A stretch of 64,000 nucleotides of DNA from Candidatus Latescibacterota bacterium (GTDB lineage: Bacteria > Latescibacterota > UBA2968 > UBA8231): positions 1,856,001-1,920,000 of the forward strand of contig OZ241867.1 of the NCBI GenBank assembly GCA_965203175.1. The letters run 5' to 3'. Each line of letters opens with the position of its first letter. Position 1 is the first letter of the stretch. Under the pieces are notes generated by a model. The model was given only the letters and a program-made list of their open reading frames with translations. It made no database searches and was not told the origin of the DNA. Made by a program: the position numbers and the translations under genes. Of this stretch, positions 34,731 to 44,499 are shown piece by piece.

Positions 34731-37106
34731 ATGTCCCCGCGCTTGCTCAAAACCTCGGTGCGCGAACTCGTCGGCTTCGTGCTGCGTTCCGGCGATCTAA
34801 TTTTCGGCGGATTTTCCCGCCCAGATCGCCTAGTGGAAGGAACGCGCGGCCACCAGAAGATCCAGCGCACCCGCCCCGCCGACTATCAGGCGGAAGTGCC
34901 CATCTCCTACCTAGTCGAAACCGACGAGATAACCCTCGAAATAAGCGGTCGCATCGACGGTCTGCTCGTCGAAAACGACTCCGTGCTCGTCGAGGAAATC
35001 AAGACCACCGAGGCCGACCTCGACGAGATCCCTGAAAACCCGGCGCATTGGGCACAGGCCAAGCTCTACGCCTTCATAGTCGCCGAGCAAAGTGGCCTCG
35101 ACGCCATCGACATCCAGCTAACCTATCTTCAGTTAGATACCAATGAGCGCCGCGAGGACCGCCGCACCTTTGCGCACGACGAACTGGCGGCGTTTTGCGC
35201 TGATCTCATCGAGCGCTACCTGCATTGGGCGCGCATCTACCAACAGTGGTGCGCCGAACGCGATCTTTCGCTTGAAGCATTCAAATTCCCCTTCGCCGAG
35301 TACCGGCCCGGCCAACGCGATCTGGCCGCGGCCACCTATCGCACCATCGATGGCCGCGGTCGAGCCTTTGCCCAAGCGCCCACCGGCATCGGCAAGACCA
35401 TCTCGACCCTGTTCCCGGCCGCCAAGGCCCTCGGCTTAGGTCATGCCGAAAAAATCTTCTATCTGACGGCCAAAACCAGCGGACGCAGAATCGCCGAAAA
35501 GGCCATCGACGACCTACGCGGAGGAGGCGCACGCATCAAGAGCCTGACGCTGACGGCGCGCGACAAGATCTGCTTCAAACCCAACGGCGACAGCACCTGC
35601 GATCCCGAGCAATGCGAGTTCGCCCGAGGGTACTACGACCGCATCAACGACGCGCTTGAAGACATTTTTACCCACGACGCCTTCACCCGGTCTCTCATCG
35701 AGGAATGTGCGCAAAAGCACACCGTGTGCCCCTTTGAATTTTCGCTCGACCTCGCGCTGTGGTCCGACGTCATCATCTGCGATTACAACTACGTCTTTGA
35801 TCCGCGCGCCTTCCTCAAGCGCTTCTTCCAAGACACCAACGGGCAATACGCTTTCCTAATTGACGAGGCGCACAACCTCGTCGATCGAGCGCGCGAAATG
35901 TTCTCGGCCGATCTGTGCAAGACCGAGATTTCTGGGCTCAAGCGCTTAGTCGGCAAGACGCACCCCGACTTGAGCAAACAACTCGACGCCCTCAACCGCT
36001 ACTTTGCCAAGCTCGGCAAGAAGGTCGAACAGGAAGGCGACGGAGAGTGCTGGATCAGCCCGCAGCTATCAACAGATTTAATGGCGCTGGTTCACAATGT
36101 CCTCCGCGCCGCCGAGAAGGTCCTAGAGCAGGGTGCGGCCTTGCCCTTTTGGGACGAATTGATCGAGTGCTACTTCCGGTTGCTGGGCTTTGAGCGCATC
36201 GGCGAGCTGTTCGACGAACACTACACCACATATACCGAAAAACAGGGGCGGGATATTCGCTTTCGGATCTTCTGTCTCGATCCAGCGCATAATATCCGCC
36301 AGGCCCTAGAACGCGGTTGCGCGGCCGTATTTTTCTCGGCCACGCTCTCGCCGCTGGCGTACTTCCGCGACCTGCTCGGCGGCGAGGAGGGGGATACCTT
36401 GTTGAGCCTTGGTTCGCCCTTTCCGCCCGAGCATCTACGCCTGTTGCTGGCCGACCACATTGAGACGACGTACAAAAAGCGCGGCGAGAGCTACGACGAC
36501 ATCGCCGAGTCCATCGCCGCCCTCGTCAGCCAGCGCGCGGGCAACTACCTCGCCTTTTTCCCTTCGTACAAATACATGGAGGAGGTGGCGACGCGCTTTG
36601 CCGAGGCACACCCGGACATCGACCTGCTCGTCCAAGAAAGCGGCATGTCCGACCACCAGCGCGAGGCGTTTCTCTCCGCATTCGACGCGGAGCCATTGCA
36701 GGCCGAACAGTACACAGTGGGTTTCGCGGTGATGGGCGGCGTCTTCGGCGAGGGGATCGATTTAGTCGGCGAGCGGTTGGTCGGTGCAGTAGTAGTCGGC
36801 GTTGGGCTGCCGCAACTGTGCTTGGAGCGCGACCTGATCCGCCACTATTTCGACGAGCGCGATATTTCCGGCTTTGCGTACGCCTATGTCTATCCAGGCA
36901 TGAACCGCGTGTTGCAGGCCGCAGGCCGCGTCATCCGCACCGCGAGCGACCGCGGCGCAATCCTCCTCGTCGATCGCCGCTTTGCACAAAGCCGCTACCG
37001 CCAGCTTTTTCCTGCCTCTTGGCACCCAGTGCATTCCGTCCGCAACCCAGCCCATATCGCCCAGTCGCTGGACGAGTTTTGGCGCCATGACCCCGCGCAC
37101 ACTTAG
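34731..37106 (+). CDS. DinG/XPD(Rad3)-family Fe-S helicase with an N-terminal PD-(D/E)XK (Cas4-like) nuclease domain
   Basis: N-terminal GRIDG..EEIKT..HWAQAKLY; APTGIGKT; four Fe-S Cys; DEAHNL; SATL; GEGID; QAAGRVIR. Confidence 0.88.
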   Translation: MSPRLLKTSVRELVGFVLRSGDLIFGGFSRPDRLVEGTRGHQKIQRTRPADYQAEVPISYLVETDEITLEISGRIDGLLVENDSVLVEEIKTTEADLDEIPENPAHWAQAKLYAFIVAEQSGLDAIDIQLTYLQLDTNERREDRRTFAHDELAAFCADLIERYLHWARIYQQWCAERDLSLEAFKFPFAEYRPGQRDLAAATYRTIDGRGRAFAQAPTGIGKTISTLFPAAKALGLGHAEKIFYLTAKTSGRRIAEKAIDDLRGGGARIKSLTLTARDKICFKPNGDSTCDPEQCEFARGYYDRINDALEDIFTHDAFTRSLIEECAQKHTVCPFEFSLDLALWSDVIICDYNYVFDPRAFLKRFFQDTNGQYAFLIDEAHNLVDRAREMFSADLCKTEISGLKRLVGKTHPDLSKQLDALNRYFAKLGKKVEQEGDGECWISPQLSTDLMALVHNVLRAAEKVLEQGAALPFWDELIECYFRLLGFERIGELFDEHYTTYTEKQGRDIRFRIFCLDPAHNIRQALERGCAAVFFSATLSPLAYFRDLLGGEEGDTLLSLGSPFPPEHLRLLLADHIETTYKKRGESYDDIAESIAALVSQRAGNYLAFFPSYKYMEEVATRFAEAHPDIDLLVQESGMSDHQREAFLSAFDAEPLQAEQYTVGFAVMGGVFGEGIDLVGERLVGAVVVGVGLPQLCLERDLIRHYFDERDISGFAYAYVYPGMNRVLQAAGRVIRTASDRGAILLVDRRFAQSRYRQLFPASWHPVHSVRNPAHIAQSLDEFWRHDPAHT

Positions 37107-37836
37107 CATCCTACTACTCTTGCTCTGCCCCGTGGTGGCAGCGGCCCAAAGCGTGTTCGCCGCCGCTAGCCTAAGTACCGCACTCACAGAACTAGCCACC
37201 CACCACGAGGGGATGCGCCTATCCGTCGCCAGCTCTTCGACCTTGGCCAAACAAATTGCCGCCGGTGCGCCAGCCGACATTTACTTTTCCGCCAATGCCG
37301 AGTGGATGGACTACCTCCAAGCGCGCCAACACATCGAGCAAGATACTCGCGTCGATCTCCTTGGCAACGCCCTCGTGGTCATTGCACCCAAGGAAGCACC
37401 GTTCGCCGTCCGCTTTGTAAGGGACTTTGACTTTGCCGGAGCTTTCGCTGACCGCTTGGCCCTCGGCGACCCCGATCACGTCCCGGCCGGCCAGTACTCC
37501 CGCCAAGCCCTAGATGAGTTGGGCTGGTGGCCGACGCTCAAAAGCCGCATCGCACCCGCGCCCGACGTCCGCGCCGCCTTGGTGTACGTCGAGCGCGGAG
37601 AGTGCGCCGCGGGCTTGGTGTACGCCACCGACGCAACCCAAAGCGACCGCGTAATAACCCTAGCGACGGTGCCGGACTCACTGCACCGCCCCATCGTCTA
37701 TCCGGCGGCCATCGTCAAGGGCCGCGCCAGTGCGCAGACCCGCAATTTGTTAGCATTTTTTAGTTCGGATACGGCCGCCGCCATCTTCCGCAAACACGGC
37801 TTTACCTCTTTGGGCGACCAACGTGTTCAGCGCTGA
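37087..37836 (+). CDS. modA: Molybdate ABC transporter substrate-binding protein
   Basis: FAAASL, SSSTLAKQI..GAPADI, VPAGQY and VYATDA motifs; signal peptide. Confidence 0.93.
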   Translation: MTPRTLSILLLLLCPVVAAAQSVFAAASLSTALTELATHHEGMRLSVASSSTLAKQIAAGAPADIYFSANAEWMDYLQARQHIEQDTRVDLLGNALVVIAPKEAPFAVRFVRDFDFAGAFADRLALGDPDHVPAGQYSRQALDELGWWPTLKSRIAPAPDVRAALVYVERGECAAGLVYATDATQSDRVITLATVPDSLHRPIVYPAAIVKGRASAQTRNLLAFFSSDTAAAIFRKHGFTSLGDQRVQR

Positions 37837-38497
37837 GGAAGTGCAAATCCTGTTGCTCTCGCTGCGCGTGGCTTTTTGCTGCGTGCTGCTGAGCCTGCTG
37901 CCGGCCGTGTTGTTGGGATGGCTGTTGGCCCGGCGGGAGTTTCCGCTCAAGATCGCGCTCGACGGCTTCTGTCACCTGCCGCTGGTCCTGCCGCCGGTGG
38001 TCACCGGCTATCTGCTCCTGTTGCTCTTTGGCCGCCGCGGTCTCTTCGGTCCAGTCCTCGCAGTCTTCGACCTCCAATTGGCCTTCGACTGGAAGGGCGC
38101 GGTGCTGGCCTCGGCCGTGGTCGGCTTTCCCCTGATGCTGCGCTCCGTGCGCCTCGGGATTGAGAGCGTGGACCCGCGCCTAGAGCGCGTCGCTCGCACC
38201 CTCGGGGCGGGTCCGGTGCGCACCTTTCTGACCGTGACCTTGCGCCTGGCCGCTCCCGGCCTGCTGGTCGGCTCGCTGTTGAGCTTTGCCCGCTCGCTGG
38301 GCGAGTTCGGCGCGACCATCATCTTTGCGGCCAACATCGCCGGGCAGACCCGCACCATTCCCTCGGCCATTTACACGTATCTCAACCAACCAGACGGGGA
38401 AGGCCGCGCGACCGGTCTGGTCCTGCTGTCGGTCGCGCTTTCGCTACTGGCTCTCGTGGCCAGCGAGTGGTCGGCCCGTCGCCTGCGCTCGCATTAG
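37823..38497 (+). CDS. modB: Molybdate ABC transporter permease
   Basis: LPLVLPPVVTGY and FARSLGEFGAT motifs. Confidence 0.95.
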   Translation: MFSAEEVQILLLSLRVAFCCVLLSLLPAVLLGWLLARREFPLKIALDGFCHLPLVLPPVVTGYLLLLLFGRRGLFGPVLAVFDLQLAFDWKGAVLASAVVGFPLMLRSVRLGIESVDPRLERVARTLGAGPVRTFLTVTLRLAAPGLLVGSLLSFARSLGEFGATIIFAANIAGQTRTIPSAIYTYLNQPDGEGRATGLVLLSVALSLLALVASEWSARRLRSH

Positions 38498-38499
38498 CA

Positions 38500-39594
38500 A
38501 TGCTCCGCCTCCGCGCTCAACGCCAACTAGGCCCCTTCGCACTCGACATCGATATAGAGTGTCACCACGCCGTCACCGCCATCTACGGCCCGTCGGGCGC
38601 GGGCAAGACCTCGCTGCTCAACGTGGTCGCCGGGCTAGTGCGGCCGGACGCCGGCGAAATATCCTTGGACGGCCAAACCCTCTTCTCCTCGGCCCAGCGC
38701 ATCGATCTGCCGCCAGAGCACCGCCGCATCGGCTACGTGTTTCAAGACGACTTGCTCTTTCCGCACCTGAGCACTGAGGAAAACCTGTGCTATGGCCGCG
38801 ACCTGCTGCCGGCAGCAGCGCGGCGCTTTGCCTTGGACCAGATCGTCGATTTGCTCGAAATCGGCTCCCTGCTCAAGCGCCGGCCAGGACACCTGTCCGG
38901 CGGCGAGCGCCAACGCGTCGCCTTGGGCCGCGCCTTGCTCACTTCTCCGCACCTCCTGCTGATGGACGAGCCGCTGGCCTCGCTCGATCAGGGCCTCAAA
39001 AACCGCATCATCCCCTACTTGTGCCACGTCCGCGACGCCCTGCAGATCCCCATTCTCTACGTCAGCCACTCGGTCGCCGAAATCCTCGAACTCACCAGCC
39101 AAGTCGTCGTCCTCGACCGCGGCCAAGTCATTGCACACGGCGACTTTTTCACCATAGCCGCCCACCCCCAAGTCCTGCCGTTGGTAGAAGAGCACGGCTT
39201 TGAAAACGTCCTCGACGTAGAGATCGCAGCAACCGACGCGGAGCGGGGCGTCTGCGAGGTCTTGTGCCACGGTCAGCAGCTCAAAATTCCCTACTGCGAT
39301 CAACCCGCCGGCAGCCGCCTCTTCATCGGCATCCGCGCCGACGACATCGTCCTCGCCCGCCAGCGCCCCACAGGGCTGAGCGTGCGCAATGCATTGCAGG
39401 GTACCATCAGCGCAATTGCCGATGTGGGAGGGAAACAACTCATCTACGTGGACGTCGGACGTCGGCTGGCCGCCAAGACGACCCCAGAGGCCATCGAGGA
39501 AATGCAACTCGGCATCGGCGACCCAATTTACTGCCTTGTCAAAACCCATTCCATCCGCTTGGGACCGCAGTTGGGCCGGTTGGAAAATCGTTGA
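38500..39594 (+). CDS. modC: Molybdate ABC transporter ATP-binding protein
   Basis: GPSGAGKT, LSGGERQRVALGRAL and MDEPLASLD; C-terminal TOBE (SVRN). Confidence 0.95.
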   Translation: MLRLRAQRQLGPFALDIDIECHHAVTAIYGPSGAGKTSLLNVVAGLVRPDAGEISLDGQTLFSSAQRIDLPPEHRRIGYVFQDDLLFPHLSTEENLCYGRDLLPAAARRFALDQIVDLLEIGSLLKRRPGHLSGGERQRVALGRALLTSPHLLLMDEPLASLDQGLKNRIIPYLCHVRDALQIPILYVSHSVAEILELTSQVVVLDRGQVIAHGDFFTIAAHPQVLPLVEEHGFENVLDVEIAATDAERGVCEVLCHGQQLKIPYCDQPAGSRLFIGIRADDIVLARQRPTGLSVRNALQGTISAIADVGGKQLIYVDVGRRLAAKTTPEAIEEMQLGIGDPIYCLVKTHSIRLGPQLGRLENR

Positions 39595-39620
39595 CACGGC
39601 AAATATCCGCCTTTTATACT
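39591..39620 (+). promoter_or_regulatory. Sigma70-type promoter
   Basis: TTGACA-N18-TATACT upstream of the cytidylate kinase-like gene. Confidence 0.55.
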
Positions 39621-39674
39621 CTTTACAAATGGTACAAGCTGGGACCTGATCACTTCCAACCTAAGAGACTCGCC

Positions 39675-40355
39675 ATGAATGTCATCACGGTTGCCCGTCA
39701 GCTCGGCAGCTTTGGCGACTGGATCGCCGAGCAGTTGGCCGCCAAGCTAGACTACGAATTCATCGACCGCCGCCTCGTCGAAGAGATCGCCAGCATCACT
39801 GAGACCTCGGTCGAAGAGGTTGAGCGCTACGACGAAAAGGGGGAGGGCCGGCTCAGGTTCTTCCTCAAGAAATTGCTCGTGCCCGAAGTCGCTCCGGGTA
39901 CTTTTCCCCTATCGGCTGCCGCGTACGCGCCCGAGTTTGGGCTCGAGTTTCCCCACATGCGCGAGCACGATGTTAGCGAAGCGACGTATCTCGACCGCGG
40001 CACGTACCAGCTACTCATCACAACCCTCGTGCAGGATTTCGGCGAAAGCGGCAAGGCCGTCGTCGTCGGCCGGGCTAGCCAAGTCATCCTCGCCGAGCAC
40101 CCCAATGCCTGCCACGTCAAAATCATCGCCCCGCTCGAAACGCGGATTGAGCGATTGATGCAGAACCGCGACGTGGACCGCGAGCAAGCGCAGAAACTCA
40201 TCGAACAACACGACCAATGGCGGCAGAGCTACCTGCGCAACTTCCACAACGCCGACTGGAACGACCCCCTGCTCTACGACCTGACGATCAACACCGGCAA
40301 AATAGATCGAGAGGACGCCGTTGATCTGCTTGCCGGGTTCTTAGCCGAATCTTAG
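39675..40355 (+). CDS. Cytidylate kinase-like family protein
   Basis: VITVARQLGSFG, VVVGRAS and YDLTINTG motifs. Confidence 0.85.
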   Translation: MNVITVARQLGSFGDWIAEQLAAKLDYEFIDRRLVEEIASITETSVEEVERYDEKGEGRLRFFLKKLLVPEVAPGTFPLSAAAYAPEFGLEFPHMREHDVSEATYLDRGTYQLLITTLVQDFGESGKAVVVGRASQVILAEHPNACHVKIIAPLETRIERLMQNRDVDREQAQKLIEQHDQWRQSYLRNFHNADWNDPLLYDLTINTGKIDREDAVDLLAGFLAES

Positions 40356-41845
40356 AGATCAAACGAGCGCGGCACCGACCGTGCCCGTGCCCCGTGTAAA
40401 AACGCGTCGTCCGGTCGCGGCCAGCGCATTGCGTACTGCCGGCTGCGCTGGCGGCGATAGCCAGCATTGTAGTACGTGCTCGCGGCGAGCCAGCGCAGCA
40501 GGCGGGCCGTAAGCTCGTTTTGCAGCGCTTGATGCTCGGATCGGCCCCAGAGGTTCCACAACTCGTGCGGGTCCTGCTCCAAATCGTATAGCTCGCCCTG
40601 ATCTTGGCCGATGTAATAGACCATCTTGTGCCGCTGGCCGCGCATCATCACCTGATAATTGTCCTCGCAGAACACCCACTCGCGTGGTGCGCAATCCTCG
40701 GCCTCCTCTAAGTATGACTGCAACGAGCGCCCCTCCATGTAACTAGGCACCTCCACGCCCGCCGCTTCTAGAATCGTCGGCCCCAAATCCATCAGCGAGA
40801 CCAAGTCGCCGATCTCGCTGCCCTTTTGCGTCCGACGGCTGTCGCGCACAATCAGCGGCACGTGTACCACCGGATCGTACATCAGCCATTTGTACGCCAG
40901 CCCGTGATCGCCCAACAGCTCGCCGTGATCCGAGCAGAAGAGCAGCAGACTATTGTCCAGAAAGCCCCGCGCCTGAAGCGCGTCGAGGACCTCACCCAAC
41001 TTCTCATCCACCGTGGTAATCTTAGCGTAGTAGTGCCGCCGCATGTGGGCGATGTCCTCTTCGCTGGGCGAGAACATGTCGATCGCGGACTCGTGCTCAG
41101 TCTCAGCGTGCGTCTTTCTCTGCGCCGCGTGCTGGGGCGGTTTGTCGTCTAACTCGCCCTCGCGCAGCACGCGCGGGGGCATTGGACGCTCCGAGTACTG
41201 TTCCAGATGCCTCGGCAACGGGTCCCACGGCTCGTGCGGGCCAGTAAAACCCACTTGCAAGAAAAACGGTTGTTGACCCTTGTAATCGCGGATCCAAGCA
41301 AGGGCTGAGTCGCCGATAAAGACATCCGAGTGAAAGCGCTCCTCCAAGTGCCAAGGGACGCCTTGGTACTTCTGCAGCCAATTGGGATCGGTCTTGTTGC
41401 GGTCGTTGGGCCGCTCCAAGCCGTGAATCCGCAAATAGCGGCCCCAATCGTCGTCCGCCCCACCCATGGCGAGGTTCTTGCTGGTGGGATTCTCCACCAC
41501 GACCCGCTCGTGGAAGCCCCCGGCGACATCGCGCGGAGCAAAGTGCATCTTGCCGATGTTGACGCAGTGATATCCCGCGTCGTTGAGGTCTTGCACCCAA
41601 TTGCGGTGATCGGCCCAGTGGTCAAAGCTGTACACGCCGGTATTGTGCGGGTACATACCCGTGAAGATCGCCGCCCGCGAGGCAATGCAGGTCGCGCCCG
41701 GGCAAAAGGCATTGCGGAAGGAAAGCCCCTCCGCGGCCAAGCGGTCCATCGCCGGCGTAATCGCGTAGTCGTAGCCCCAAGCGCCGATCGTGTCGAAGCG
41801 CTGTTGGTCAGTCATAATGAGGATGATATTAGGTCGCTCTATCAT
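40352..41845 (-). CDS. Sulfatase (formylglycine-dependent, Cys type)
   Basis: PNIILIMTDQQR, CIASRAAIFTG, GKMH, PHEP, SDHG and ELYDL..DP.E; GGAGGAGG RBS before the ATG at 41845. Confidence 0.92.
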   Translation of the reverse strand: MIERPNIILIMTDQQRFDTIGAWGYDYAITPAMDRLAAEGLSFRNAFCPGATCIASRAAIFTGMYPHNTGVYSFDHWADHRNWVQDLNDAGYHCVNIGKMHFAPRDVAGGFHERVVVENPTSKNLAMGGADDDWGRYLRIHGLERPNDRNKTDPNWLQKYQGVPWHLEERFHSDVFIGDSALAWIRDYKGQQPFFLQVGFTGPHEPWDPLPRHLEQYSERPMPPRVLREGELDDKPPQHAAQRKTHAETEHESAIDMFSPSEEDIAHMRRHYYAKITTVDEKLGEVLDALQARGFLDNSLLLFCSDHGELLGDHGLAYKWLMYDPVVHVPLIVRDSRRTQKGSEIGDLVSLMDLGPTILEAAGVEVPSYMEGRSLQSYLEEAEDCAPREWVFCEDNYQVMMRGQRHKMVYYIGQDQGELYDLEQDPHELWNLWGRSEHQALQNELTARLLRWLAASTYYNAGYRRQRSRQYAMRWPRPDDAFLHGARARSVPRSFDL

Positions 41846-44370
41846 GGTACCTCCTCCAAACCTGCTTCTGCGAGTGCCCCCAGTAGCGATGGCACGCCAA
41901 AAAACACCAAGCTCAACGCAGTCGGGTGCATGGCCACCGCGCCCCGGTAATCCGGGCGGTCGCTCCAGTCCTGTTGGGCAATCAACTCGGCTAGCACCGC
42001 GCGCCCCACCTCCAGATAGCCCTGCTCCCCGGTCAGCCGCCAAGCGTACGCCAGCGAGCCGCAGAGCACGCCGTGGTAGCTTTGGGCGCAAGCAAACTCG
42101 GCGTTGAAGACGCCTTTGCCGCCGCAAAACCAATCGACGGCCCGCACGAAAACCTCGGCCACATCCGCGCGCCCGGTCATCCTGTGTAGCAGTTCCAGTC
42201 CGACCATCAAATAATGAGTCTGATAGCCCTTTTGCTCCTCGTAGGGCAACACCCGCTTTAATGCGGTAAAGCTCCCGCGCAGCGCGAGGAACTCTTCGTC
42301 GCTAAACGGGACCGCTGAACCCATTTCCACCGCGAGAGTCGTGCCCTCAGTGGCCATGCCGTACGGCCCTTGGTCGGGCAGCTTGGTCTCAGTGGATACC
42401 TGGAAGCGCTTGTGCCAGCTACCGTCTTCGTTTTGGCCACGCGCCACCGCGTCGTACACCTCTTCGGCGCGGAGCATAAAGCGCGCTTCGTCGGTCAGCT
42501 CGTACAGGTAGAGCAAGCCCCGCAGCGCATTGGCGATGGAGCGCAAGCTGAAGCTGTAGCGCGGGTCCTCGCTCCAGCGATAGCGGAGAAAAAATTCCCC
42601 GGCCTCGTGCAAGACCTCCCGCGCCCGCTCGTCGCCGCTCAAGTAGTAGTAATCCACCCAGTTGTCGATGAAGGTGTGCGAAGCGCACGGTTCGTCGCCA
42701 AAGTGGTCCATGCTGTGGCGGAAACAGCCGCCGACCATGTAGGGCCGCAACGGGTGATAGTGGCAGGTATCTACGTCCAGCGAGTGCCGGGTCATGGCCT
42801 CGCCGAGTGCGTAGTAGCGCCCCTCGCCCGTGCGCAAGTACTGCAACCACACGGCGTGGCGCGGATCCCATTCGCTGTTGCACCAACCCCAGCGCCCTTT
42901 GAAGCGCCAACCTCCCGCGCTCTCTTCCCAAGTGGCCATCACGTCGCCCCAATCGAAAAACCCCTTCCAACGATAGCGCTCGATGTGCCCTTCCATCCAG
43001 GCGACAAAGCCCGTCAACATGCGGTCGGAGCGCGGGAATTCCGCGCCGGTTGCCAAGCCGCCGACCGCCCCGCTCTGCACCACCCAATCCGGCGCAACGC
43101 TCACCTGTGGCGGGTGCAAAAGGCCCTGCAATCGCTCGCCATCGGCGGACCCGGCGCGGAAAAAATCGACGAAAAACTCGCTGCTCTTCGCCGTGCCCGT
43201 GCCGTCGGCATAGACCCCCTCGCCCTCGTGCCAAGCCACTTCCTCGGCGTAGCGTTTGCAGCTGAGCCGCCGGCCTTCTGGGTCGCGCCAAAAGAACACG
43301 TCGATGCCTTGCGCACCTAGGCCGAGGGCCTTGGGGTACTCCTCGGCCATGTAGCGCAGCGCAACGCCGACGCCAGCGCGGCCATTCTCAGCGCAAATCC
43401 AGCCGGCGGCGCGTTCGCCCTCGGCCCGTGCGGCGCGCTCAACGCCCGCGTACTCCTCCCAATAGAAGTGATTGTCCGACCGCTGCGAGAGCAGTGCATA
43501 GCGCTCGGGAACCCAAGGCCCCTCCATGACTCGCCCCGCCCCGACGCGCCAAGTTCCGCCGCCTTCGGGCAAGATTGGGACGCGCAAGCCCAGCTCCTCC
43601 ACCTCGGTCTCGCGCGGATTACAGGTGACGACCACCGTGTGCACCACCCGCACTTGCGCCTTGCCGGCATAGGCGTAGATCCGGGTCGCAAAGCGCAGCG
43701 GGCGATAACCGGCGTAGTGGTGCATGGGCGCGGTTGACTCGTAGGCTCCTCGGCAGCAGATCACCGCCCGCAAGGGACCCGCCTCTTCGATCTCGACGGC
43801 GTATTCTTCCACGCCCTCTGACGCCAGACACGTGCCTCCCATTCCGTAGATGCGCCGCTGCGTTCCTCCGACGAACTCCGACTCGGAGATCTTGGCCCAA
43901 GCGTCGCCGCCGCCCCGAGGTGCAACTTCTACCTCGGAGACAAACGATCCTTCGACTTGCTTCCCTAGCTCTACTCCGTCAAAAAGCGCGAATGACTTTT
44001 TTCCTATGCCAAATCGCAGGGGTCCGGTACACACCTCAAAGCGATCTTCCCGCTCGGCGATTTCCACGCCTTGGACGTTCCCCTCGGCTTTCTGGTCCGT
44101 GTATCGCAAAGTATACACGGCCTCTTGCCCCGCTTCCACATCGGCCTGAAAATCCACCAGGACCCACTTTGCGCTGCCGTCCGGCCAGCGGCCCAAGACC
44201 CGTAGCTGCACTGGGACATCTTGGCCCTGTGCGTCCTGCAAAGACAGGTTTTCCACGTCTGCCACGGTGCCTTGAGGCAGAGGGACGCCCCTAGTCAAAG
44301 GGTACTTTCGGCGGGTAATGCCCGCGGGCTCTGCTACTTTTAAGGCAATGCCTTCGTCGGGTATGTTCAC
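41842..44370 (-). CDS. Large hypothetical protein resembling PL26/exo-rhamnogalacturonan lyase (PcRGLX-like)
   Basis: PLTRGVPLPQG, WPDGSAKW, GFFDWGDVM, WCNSE and MTRH..DVD..H motifs; AAGGAG RBS before the GTG at 44370. Confidence 0.6.
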   Translation of the reverse strand: MNIPDEGIALKVAEPAGITRRKYPLTRGVPLPQGTVADVENLSLQDAQGQDVPVQLRVLGRWPDGSAKWVLVDFQADVEAGQEAVYTLRYTDQKAEGNVQGVEIAEREDRFEVCTGPLRFGIGKKSFALFDGVELGKQVEGSFVSEVEVAPRGGGDAWAKISESEFVGGTQRRIYGMGGTCLASEGVEEYAVEIEEAGPLRAVICCRGAYESTAPMHHYAGYRPLRFATRIYAYAGKAQVRVVHTVVVTCNPRETEVEELGLRVPILPEGGGTWRVGAGRVMEGPWVPERYALLSQRSDNHFYWEEYAGVERAARAEGERAAGWICAENGRAGVGVALRYMAEEYPKALGLGAQGIDVFFWRDPEGRRLSCKRYAEEVAWHEGEGVYADGTGTAKSSEFFVDFFRAGSADGERLQGLLHPPQVSVAPDWVVQSGAVGGLATGAEFPRSDRMLTGFVAWMEGHIERYRWKGFFDWGDVMATWEESAGGWRFKGRWGWCNSEWDPRHAVWLQYLRTGEGRYYALGEAMTRHSLDVDTCHYHPLRPYMVGGCFRHSMDHFGDEPCASHTFIDNWVDYYYLSGDERAREVLHEAGEFFLRYRWSEDPRYSFSLRSIANALRGLLYLYELTDEARFMLRAEEVYDAVARGQNEDGSWHKRFQVSTETKLPDQGPYGMATEGTTLAVEMGSAVPFSDEEFLALRGSFTALKRVLPYEEQKGYQTHYLMVGLELLHRMTGRADVAEVFVRAVDWFCGGKGVFNAEFACAQSYHGVLCGSLAYAWRLTGEQGYLEVGRAVLAELIAQQDWSDRPDYRGAVAMHPTALSLVFFGVPSLLGALAEAGLEEVP

Positions 44371-44499
44371 GTGACTTCTCCTTGGTCTCGTCTGTGCGGC
44401 GAGGAAAAATAAGCAAGCGACCAACGCCCCACCAACCCGCATTGACCCACCTCCACCCCCCTCCTATCTTCTCGCTGCCCAAGCCAAAGGAACCATCCC

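Noticed and set aside
38635-39597. Long antisense and alternate-frame ORFs (also 25286-25936, 42370-43320, 61245-62198, 12222-13088)
   Set aside because: They are shadows of well-supported genes in GC-rich DNA and show no recognisable motifs.
41846-42133. N-terminal extensions in the ORF track (sulfatase from 42133, VapC from 2780, amidase from 54121, cytidylate kinase-like from 39264, DUF455 from 15754)
   Set aside because: They overlap neighbouring genes; downstream starts fit family N-termini and RBS or promoter signals better.
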